Source: Octopus sinensis (taxonomy: Eukaryota). From it: a stretch of DNA of 64,000 nt. The stretch is from assembly GCF_006345805.1 (NCBI RefSeq), contig NC_043014.1, positions 13,578,001 through 13,642,000 of the forward strand, written 5' to 3'. Under the pieces are notes generated by a model. It was given only the letters and a program-made list of their open reading frames with translations. It ran no database searches and had not been told where the DNA came from. The translations under genes were made by a program, and so were the position numbers. Position 1 is the stretch's first letter, and each line of letters opens with the position of its first letter. Below are positions 12,435 through 21,439 of this stretch, piece by piece.

Positions 12435-12495
12435 CCCACAATTACACCCATGAGAAAGCTGTCTGCCCGAGAGCAAAGAGATTGTACTGTTATAG
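12435..12495 (+). CDS. DNM1L: Drp1/DNM1L exon: PTITPMRKLSAREQRDCTVI(E)
   Basis: Pyrimidine tract with aag acceptor and G|gtaggt donor; contains the diagnostic RKLSAREQRDC motif. Confidence 0.95.
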
Positions 12496-12589
12496 GTAGG
12501 TTGATTATAATTTTTTTATTTTTTTCTGGAACTTTCTTGTTTAAACTTATGTTATTGTCTTTATCTATCTATCTATCTATCTATATATA

Positions 12590-13605
12590 TATAACAAATT
12601 AATAAATAAAACATATGCATATATACATACATATATGTACGTACCTACATCTATATGTATATATACATGCATATATGGGTACAGGACACCAAAAAAACGT
12701 CGAACACAATGAGAAACGAAAACATAAACACAAAACCAAGGAACTGGACATTTTTCTTAAACAACGAAAAAATAGAGTACAGGACAAATAACACAAGGAA
12801 AATTCTCCTTCTTCAGTCGCCATGGTTTCATCTACTCCGCGTTTCGAAGGTGAAGGCGAGACGCGACTTCAATGAAACATTCCTTCCCGCGAAAAGCAAA
12901 TTAAATAAAATTTGAGATTTTTTTGTGGAGGGGTAAAAATGGTAACAAAAACAGGACTGTAAAGACAGTACAAAATATAAACAGTAAAAGACAGGACAAG
13001 GAGAATAACAAGACAAGAAGGGCTGTTAAGCCGAACAAGATAAAGTATATGAACGCTATTTTTGGGAACGGCAAAGGAGCAACAGAAAATGCCGTCTACA
13101 CTCGGGTGAAGCAAGGTCAGAAAAGACAATAGTTTCCTCGTCGCTGACCAGCGACGGGACAGGGGAGGAGGAGTAAGAGAAAGGGAAGGGGAGAGAAAAA
13201 AGAGGAATGGTTGTAGAGAAAACCAGAAAGAATGAGAGAGAGGGAGAGACAGTAAGGTAGAAGAAAAGGAAACCAGAAAGAAGGAAGGCTGAGAAAGAGA
13301 GGGGGACAGAAAGGTTAAGAGTGCGCATCAGTATTAATATTAAGAACAAACTTACTTAGAAATGGATGCGTGCGTTCTGTCATCTAATAACAAATTAATA
13401 AATAAAACATATGCATATATACATACATATATGTACATACCTACATCTACATGTATATATACATGCATATATGGGTACAGGACACCAAAAAAACGTCGAA
13501 CACAATGAGAAACGAAAACATAAACACAAAACCAAGGAACTGGACATTTTTCTTAAACAATGAAAAAATAGAGTACAGGACAAATAACACAAGGAAAAAT
13601 ACCCC
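12590..13605. repeat. ~215-bp direct repeats (12590-12803 and 13388-13600) around a ~580-bp purine-rich core
   Basis: Near-identical terminal copies; both outer ends abut microsatellites. Confidence 0.9.
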
Positions 13606-13652
13606 TTCATATATATATATATATACATACACACACAGACACACACATATAG

Positions 13653-15195
13653 ATCATCATCATTTGACTCATGTTGGCATGAGTTGTACAGTTTGACAGA
13701 GGGCTGGAAAGCCAGCAGCTCCACCAGGCTCCAATCTGATCTGGCAATGTTTCTACAGCTGGATGCCCTTCCTAACACCAATCACTCTCAGAGTGTATTA
13801 GGTGCTTTCCATGTGCCATTGGCACAGGAGCCAGTCAAGTGGCCCTGGCATCTATCACACTTGGATAGTGCTTTTTCTGTGCCACTGGCACGGGAGCCAG
13901 TCAGGGGGCACTGGCCACAGCTACAATTTAGGTTTTATTTAACTCAACAGGTCTTCTCAAGCATACCATATTGCCCGACACATCAAGGGTACTTTGAAAT
14001 GGGCCGAACATGCAATACTTACATCGGTCATGGCTGCAATCTCACTTTAGTTGCTGGATCTTCTCAATCACAGCATATCTCCAAAGGTCTTGGTCTCCTG
14101 TCATTGTCTCTGTGAGGCCCAGTGGTCAATGGTCTTGCTTCACCACCTCATCCTATGTCTTCATGCATCTACCATTTCCACAGGTTCCTCACACAACTGT
14201 CCTCATCCATATGTAAGACATGACCATACCAGTGCAGTCGTCTCTCTTATACAACACTTTTGATACTTCTTAGGTCCAACTTTTCTCTCAGGGTGCTCAC
14301 ACTCTGTTGTGTATGCGCACTGACATCACACATCCAGCGGATCATCCTAGCTTCTTTCTTTCAAGCCTATGTAGGCCCTCAGTAGTCATAGCCCATGTTT
14401 CACTGCCATGTAGCATGTTTTCTATACATCTTCAGTGCTTATTGCCCCTGTGCATCTCCCACACACAAAAACTATCTTCCGGGTTAACCTTCCTTCGATG
14501 CATCCTGCACCTTTTCTGCATCCCTTGCCTATGCTGGGTACATCATATGGAGTTTCCACCCATACCTTTTCTCCAGATCAAGCAGGGCCATTCAACTGAA
14601 GGGGTTTGTGATTTGTCAGCCTTCTTACTTACTGAGACGTTGGTTTTTGCTAGGTCAACCCTAAGGCCATATGATTCTAGACCTTACTTCCACACCCTAA
14701 ACTTAGTCTCTAGTTCTGGCAGTGACTCGGCTATTAGAGCAAGATCATCAGCTTAGAGGAGTTCTGAGAGGGCAGCCTGTCTTGGATTCTTCTGTTAAAG
14801 ACTTTCTGAATTCCTCTGTCAAAGGCTTTCTCCAACTCAACAAAAGCCAAGTACAGTGGTGCTTCTGTCTGGCATAAAACCAAACTGCATCTCATCTAGG
14901 CTAACTCTCTCCCTAATTAGTTGGGCTGTGACCCACTCTGTAACTTTCATCACCTGATCCAATAATTTGATACCCCTGTAGTTACTTCCATCTAAAGCAT
15001 CACCTTTACTTTTGTAGCAGTTGACTATAGTACTGCTATACCAGTCATTGGGTATCACTCTTTCATGAACTACCTGATTCACAATGGGGGCGACAAGACA
15101 ATTACTCACACCTGATATTTTAAGCATCTCAGCAGTGATTCCTGATGGGCCAGGTATTTTCCCGGTCTTCATATCCTTAGTTGCTTTACCTACAA
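13653..15195 (-). mobile_element. Older, degraded RTE LINE (RT part, decayed PHD finger, 3' UTR, tail)
   Basis: GKIPGPSGITAEMLK...NYRGIKLLDQVMKV...DEMQFGFM in ORF 14837-15709; stops and deletions downstream; (CAT)n at 13653. Confidence 0.9.
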
Positions 15196-15199
15196 GGGT

Positions 15200-15266
15200 A
15201 AATATATGTGTATATATGTATATATATATGTATATGTGTGTGTATATATATATGTATATGTGTGTG

Positions 15267-15297
<31 letters not shown>

Positions 15298-15710
15298 ATA
15301 TATATATATGTGTGTGTGTGTATATATATATATGTGTGTGTGTGTGTATATATATATGTGTGTGTGTGTGTGTATATATGTGTGTGTGTGTATATGTGTA
15401 TATATGTGTGTGTGTGTATATGTGTATATATGTGTGTGTGTGTGTGTATATATGTATATGTGTGTGTGTGTATATATGTATATATGTGTGTGTGTGTGTA
15501 TATATATGTATATATATGTGTGTGTGTATATATGTATATATATGTGTGTGTGTATATATATTTATGTGTGTATATATGTATATATATATGTGTGTATATA
15601 TGTATATATATATGTATATGTATATATATGTGTGTGTGTATATGTATATATATATGTGTGTGTGTGTATATATATGTGTGTGTGCGCGTGTGTATATATA
15701 TATATACACA
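15200..15710. repeat. Long compound (TA)/(TG) microsatellite
   Basis: Directly visible. Similar tracts lie at 7670-7870, 19905-20090, 23700-23880, 54050-54100, 55075-55123 and 57570-57760. Confidence 0.95.
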
Positions 15711-15888
15711 TAGAAAGAAAAAGCATTATGTGATTAAATGTTCGAGATATGAAATGTTACGTGGATGACCTTGTATTTGTTTGTTCTGCAATCATTGTTT
15801 AATATATTTTCTCATTTAATTGGGCACTTCTATAGCAGTCCTATCACTCATTTTGTTCCTGATAAGAAACAATCACTGAATTATTGAT

Positions 15889-18800
15889 ATCATCATCATC
15901 ATCATCATTTAGCGTCCGTTTTCCATGCTAGCATGGGTTGGACGGTTCTACTGGGGTCTGTGAAGCCAGAAGGCTTCATCAGGCCCAGTCAAATCTGGCA
16001 GTGTTTCTACGGCTGGATGCCCTTCCTAACGCCAACCACTCCGTGAGTGTAGTGGGTGCTTTTTACGTGCCACCCGCACTGGTGCCAGACAGAGCTGGCA
16101 AACGGCCACGAACAGATGGTGCTTTTTATGTGCCACCGGCACGAGGGCCAGGCGAGGCTGGCAACGGACACGAAACGGGGCGGTGCTGGCAACGGTCGCG
16201 AAACGGAAAGTTCTCTTACATGCCACCGGCACTGGTAACACATCTGCAATTTCCATTGATCGATTTCCATTGATCGATTTCGATTCTGATCCTCACTTGC
16301 CTCAATGGGTCTTCACAAGCAGAGTTTCGACATGCCACCGGCACTGGTAGCACATCCGCAATTTCCATTGATCGATTTCGATTCTGATCCTCACTTGCCT
16401 CAACACGTCTTCACAAGTAGAGTTTTGTGTCCCAAGAAGGGAAGGTATGCATACGTAGGCTGGCTCCATCCCATGTAGAAGGCCACGGGTTGTGGACTCA
16501 CTTGTCCTGCCGGGTCTTCTCGCGCACAGCACACTTCCAGAGGTCTCGGTCTCTAGTCATTTCCTCAGTGAGACCTAAAGTTCGAAGGTCGTGCTTCACC
16601 ATCTCGTCCCAGGTTTTCCTGGGTCTGCCTCTTCCACAGGTTCCCTCAACCGCTAGGGTGTGGCACTTTTTCACACAACTATCTTCATCCATTCTCGCCA
16701 CATGACCATACCAGCGCAAACGTCTCTCTTGCACACCACAACTGATGCTTCTTAGGTCCAGCTTTTCTCTCAAGGTACTTACACTCTGCCGAGTGTGAGT
16801 ACCGGCATTACACATCCATCGGAGCATACTGGCTTCATTTCTAGCGAGCTTACGCATATCCTCAGCAGTCACGGCCCATGTTTCACTGCCATGTAGCATG
16901 GCTGTTCGTACACACGCATCATACAGTCTGCCTTTCACTCTGTGCGAGAGGCCTTTTGTCACCAGCAGAGGTAAGAGCTCTCTGAACTTTGCCCAAGCTA
17001 TTCTTACTCTAGCAGTTACACTTTCAGCACACCCGCCCCCGCTGCTGACTTGGTCACCTAGGTAACGGAAACTATCAACTATTTCTAGTTTTTCTCCCTG
17101 GAAAGTGACGGAAGTTGGTCTCAGAGCATTTTCAGTGTTTATTGTTCCTGAGCATCTGCCACATACAAAAACCATCTTCCTAGTTAGCCTTCCTTTGACA
17201 TTGCTGCATCTCTTATGTGTCCATAGCTTACACTTGGTGCATCTTATAGAGTTTCTACCTACACCTTTTCTACAGATCGAGCAGGGCCATCTACCTGAAG
17301 GTGTTTGTGATTTGTCTACCTTCCTACTGATTACGACTTTGGTTTTAGCTAGATTGACTCTGAGGCCCTTCGATTCTAATCCTTGTTTCCACACCTGAAA
17401 CTTCTCCTCCAGTTCTGATAGCGACTCAGCAATTAGAGCAAGGTCATCAGCATAGAGGAGCTCCCAAGGGCATCCTGTCTTGAATTCCTCCGTTATTGCC
17501 TGGAGGACTATGATAAATAGGAGGGGGCTGAGTACTGAGCCTTGGTGGACCCCTACCTCTACCCGGAATTCTTCACTGTACTCATTTCCAACCCTCACCC
17601 TACTAGCGGCGTCCCTATACATGGCCCGCACAGCTCTCACTAACCATTCATCTATCCCTAGTTTTCTCATTGCCCACCAGATAAGGGATCGGGGGACCCT
17701 GTCGAAGGCTTTCTCCATGTCAACAAAAGCCAGGTACAGGGGCTTATCTTTGGCTAGGTATTTCTCCTGCAGCTGCCTTACCAGGAATATAGCATCAGTA
17801 GTACTTTTCCCTGGCACAAACCCAAACTGCATCTCATCTAAACTAACTCTCTCTCTAATTAGTTGGGCTATGACCCTCTCCGTAACCTTCATCACCTGGT
17901 CCAACAGCTTGATACCTCTGTAGTTATTTGTATCTAGGGCATCACCTTTACCTTTGTAGCAGTTGACTATTATACTGCTACACCAGTCATTGGGTATGAC
18001 CCCTTTGTGTATCACCTGATTAACTATATGGGTGACTAGGCTATAGCCGACACTACCAGACATTTTGAGCATCTCTGCAGTGATTCCTGATGGGCCTGGG
18101 GCTTTCCCTGTCTTCATGCTTCTAATTGCCTTAGCTACCACAGAACTATCAACTCGGATAGCTGGTCCCTCTGTTGGGTCAACATTCGGCAGACTCTCTT
18201 TATCCCATTCATTTTCTTCATTCAGCAACCTTTCATAGTGGCATCTCCAAACCTCTCTCTTCGCATCCTCATTTAGCGCAAGTGAACCATCTTCCATGCG
18301 AACACACTTCTCTCCTACCACATCACGATTCTCTCTCACACACTGTCTTGCAACACGAAACACCTCCAGTCTTTGGTCCTCACGGCGCAGAACATTGGCA
18401 AATTTTTTCTTATCTGCTTCCCCTCTGGCTAAATAAACCTGTCTCCTAGCTTCTCTTTTGGCAGTCTGATACAATTCCCTGCTACCCCCATTTTTCCAGA
18501 CCTTCCAAGCCTGTCTCTTTTCTCTAATAGCCCTGTCTACAATATTGTTCCACCACCACGTTATTCTAGGTCGAGAGGGGACTTTGCACCAGCCACAGAT
18601 CTGGTCAGTGGCTCTCAGCAGGTTGTCCCTTAGAAACGTCCAGCTAAAGTCACTAACTACCAGTCTATGTTGTGGGGTACGTTCTTCACCTGGGAAGGTT
18701 TTGGCATTTATAAGCAGCCATCTCTCCCTTTGGCTGGTATGTTGGCCCGATTGGTAAGTGACTAGGTGGCTGGTAGGTTTCCTGAAGTTAGTGTTGCAAA

Positions 18801-19215
18801 TCATAAGATTATTTGCATCGCAGAACTCCAGCAGCCTGGTTCCCTCCTCGTTGCGGGAGCCATAGCCATAGCCTCCATGTACGCCATGGAAGCCCCCAGC
18901 ATGTCGTCCAACGTGACCATTGAAGTCACCAGCCACAAAGATAAGGTCTCTGTCGTTCGTCAATGAGGTAGTCTGCAGTAGAGTGTCATAGAATCGGTCT
19001 TTCTGTCCATCGGGTAGCCCCGACTGAGGAGCATAGGCTGATATAATGGTTGCTAAACTATGATGAAGCACTAATATAATCTTAAGTATTCTGTCACTTA
19101 CTCTGATTACCTCAATTACTTTATCTACCCATTTCTCAGCGATAAGTATACTCACGCCACCAACCCCGTCAGTGTTCCCTGCCCAGAAAATCTTGTACCT
19201 GCGTTCCTTGCTGTA
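15889..19215 (-). mobile_element. 5'-truncated RTE-clade LINE: partial APE endonuclease, RT, PHD-type finger, repeat-rich 3' UTR and (GAT)n tail
   Basis: ORF open from ~19215 to the stop at 16498; AGDFNGHVG, GKAPGPSGI, NYRGIKLL, YADD, FRYLG and GRGRPRKTW motifs; (ATC)n at 15889-15908; no TSD found. Confidence 0.95.
16498..19155 (-). CDS. RTE LINE ORF (EN-RT-PHD, 885 aa in the track; the frame extends about 20 codons further upstream)
   Basis: Stop-free frame; YADD at 17454-17443; C4HC3 finger at 17283-17152. Confidence 0.9.
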   Translation of the reverse strand: MSILIAEKWVDKVIEVIRVSDRILKIILVLHHSLATIISAYAPQSGLPDGQKDRFYDTLLQTTSLTNDRDLIFVAGDFNGHVGRHAGGFHGVHGGYGYGSRNEEGTRLLEFCDANNLMICNTNFRKPTSHLVTYQSGQHTSQRERWLLINAKTFPGEERTPQHRLVVSDFSWTFLRDNLLRATDQICGWCKVPSRPRITWWWNNIVDRAIREKRQAWKVWKNGGSRELYQTAKREARRQVYLARGEADKKKFANVLRREDQRLEVFRVARQCVRENRDVVGEKCVRMEDGSLALNEDAKREVWRCHYERLLNEENEWDKESLPNVDPTEGPAIRVDSSVVAKAIRSMKTGKAPGPSGITAEMLKMSGSVGYSLVTHIVNQVIHKGVIPNDWCSSIIVNCYKGKGDALDTNNYRGIKLLDQVMKVTERVIAQLIRERVSLDEMQFGFVPGKSTTDAIFLVRQLQEKYLAKDKPLYLAFVDMEKAFDRVPRSLIWWAMRKLGIDEWLVRAVRAMYRDAASRVRVGNEYSEEFRVEVGVHQGSVLSPLLFIIVLQAITEEFKTGCPWELLYADDLALIAESLSELEEKFQVWKQGLESKGLRVNLAKTKVVISRKVDKSQTPSGRWPCSICRKGVGRNSIRCTKCKLWTHKRCSNVKGRLTRKMVFVCGRCSGTINTENALRPTSVTFQGEKLEIVDSFRYLGDQVSSGGGCAESVTARVRIAWAKFRELLPLLVTKGLSHRVKGRLYDACVRTAMLHGSETWAVTAEDMRKLARNEASMLRWMCNAGTHTRQSVSTLREKLDLRSISCGVQERRLRWYGHVARMDEDSCVKKCHTLAVEGTCGRGRPRKTWDEMVKHDLRTLGLTEEMTRDRDLWKCAVREKTRQDK

Positions 19216-19357
19216 CCTGTAAATAAATAAATATATGGAGTTTAATGCAGATATATATCAAATACTTTTACTTTCGACACGTTTTGAAGATTTCACTGAT
19301 TTTATTCAAAAGAATATGTGTGTGTGTGTGTATATATGTGTATATATGTATGTATAT

Positions 19358-19808
19358 ATTCAACAACAATTGAGGAACGGCCTCAATAGGCCATCGACCC
19401 ACTAGAAAGAGCAACCAGGACTCAAACCGCCAAGTAGTAGTAATTCAGAAATTAAAGGGAAATTAAAAAACATTTACCCTATTCATCTTTAGACAATGCA
19501 TTGTTTCGACGTTTTTAATGGCAAACCAGCCTAATTAAATTAAATTAAACTTAATCAAGTCAATCTACCAAAGGCTACGTCTCATCGGTAAAGGAGCCAG
19601 GAGGGACAGATATACACGAGGCGGTAATATCTAGGCTGGTTTGCCATTAAAAACGTTGAAACAATGCATTGTCTAAAGATGAATAGGGTATATGTTTTTT
19701 AATTTTCCTTTAATTTCTGAATTACTACTACTTGGCAGTTTGAGTCCTGGCTGCTCTTTCTAGTGGGTCGAATGGCCTATTGAGGCCGTTCCTCAATTGT
19801 TGTTGAAT
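19358..19808. repeat. Foldback with ~176-bp inverted arms and ~98-bp spacer, (TA)n-flanked
   Basis: 19358-19533 pairs with 19632-19808 with few mismatches. Confidence 0.95.
19487..19593 (-). ncRNA. Type I hammerhead ribozyme motif (CCGAUGA core variant)
   Basis: CUUUA-CCGAUGA-GACGU..ACGUC-GAA-ACAAUGCAUUGU-C-UAAAG; helices I and II are 5 bp perfect and helix III is palindromic. Confidence 0.75.
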
Positions 19809-20475
19809 TTATATATATAGTCTCTTACTATTTTATCTTTCTCACTAGACCGCTGGTGGCGAAAAAATTTCTATTAAATTTTTTGCTACCCTATATTGAT
19901 TAATTTATGTATGTATATATATATATGTGTGTGTATATATATGTATATATGTATGTATGTATATATATGTATGTATGTATATATGTGTGTATATATAAGT
20001 GTGTGTGTGTATATGTATATATATATATGTGTGTATATATATATATATAATATATATATATATATATGTGTATATATATGTGTATATAACTCCAAGAAAG
20101 TTACAGGTTGTGAATCCAAACAACCAAGGGATAATATCTATCCAATATACTGCTTGTAGAATACCCAATTATTAATACACAAGTGTTTTTTCATTGCATT
20201 GCAATTACATTACTGAGTGTACTAAATGGGTGAAGGTAAAGAGATATTTTACCATTAATTTATATAGCAATAAGAAAATAGAGGGGATCAATAGGTGGTT
20301 CATCAACTTTTAGACATTATATTATGTTAACTTATTTATTTATTTACTAAACTGACAATTGCAAAAATATACATACATGTATCATGTTATGCTTTACATA
20401 TAAGATATAAAATATATTAAAATATAAGGATACCAGTAATTATTACAATATAACATACATGAATATAAATTGGGA

Positions 20476-20600
20476 AAATAACTTACAGCTGTTTCAGCCT
20501 AGAGGCAAAAATACCTCATTCTACCTTTATTACTCAACTAGACTGAAGTAGATGAAATTGAGGTACTTGGGTGTTTCTGTAGGCTTCGTCAGAGATTATA
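20476..20600 (-). ncRNA. Type I hammerhead ribozyme motif, canonical core
   Basis: AUAAUCU-CUGACGA-AGCCUA..UAGGCU-GAA-ACAGCUGU-A-AGUUAU. Confidence 0.8.
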
Positions 20601-20963
20601 AAGTACATAATGTTAAGTTATAAATATAAAATAAATAAAAATACACACACATTTAAATACTTACATATATAGTTATACATATGCATACATATATAAATAT
20701 ACATAAATACTTATATATATACTTAATTGAACATACATATTTACATTTATAAGCATACACAATAATCAGTTATTACTAATATTATTAATATTAGATGCAT
20801 TCTATTATTCATATTAGATATAATATATAATATGAAATATAAACAGATATTTTTCAAAGTTATAAGAATAGTAATTTTACGATTAATATATCTTACTTAT
20901 TACAGTTATGTCAGAACAAAACTGCATACACATGAGGAACATATATATTTTTCACATATATAC

Positions 20964-21044
<81 letters not shown>

Positions 21045-21126
21045 GGGAGAGTTTATGAAAAGACAAAGATAGGTGGTGTACAAAACAAACAGATGTATTA
21101 GTATAACGCTCAGGAATAGAAAAAGT

Positions 21127-21162
21127 CTTTTACGTTTCGAGCCTATGCTCTTCTACAGAAAG
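21127..21162 (-). ncRNA. Minimal hammerhead-like motif with CUGUAGA core variant
   Basis: CUUU-CUGUAGA-A-GAGC-AUAG-GCUC-GAA-ACGU-A-AAAG; sister copy at 23395-23429. Confidence 0.5.
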
Positions 21163-21320
21163 GGACACAGAAAAAACAAGGAGAGAAAAAATGTGTGTAG
21201 TGGCTAACAGTCTATCATGGCGATACCAAGTAAGTTAGGGGTTGTGGATCCAACCCACTAAGGAATAATACTTATCCAATTATCCCTTAGTGGGTCGGAT
21301 CCACAACTCTTAACTTACTT

Positions 21321-21371
<51 letters not shown>

Positions 21372-21439
21372 TATCCTACAGCTGATAAACCAACTAATGT
21401 GTTCCTCCATTTTCTTATTTGTAATTATATATATATAGA

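Noticed and set aside
12590-13605. Classical LTR retrotransposon
   Set aside because: No TG..CA ends, PBS, PPT-adjacent LTR or TSD, and no gag/pol.
14837-15768. Long YI/HT/CV-rich ORFs (also at 7662, 19886, 23674, 57474)
   Set aside because: Dinucleotide microsatellite read-through; only the RTE-derived tail of 14837-15709 is real coding remnant.
16498-19155. Full-length active LINE or host gene
   Set aside because: 5'-truncated, with no promoter, true start or TSD, and the endonuclease IDY motif is missing.
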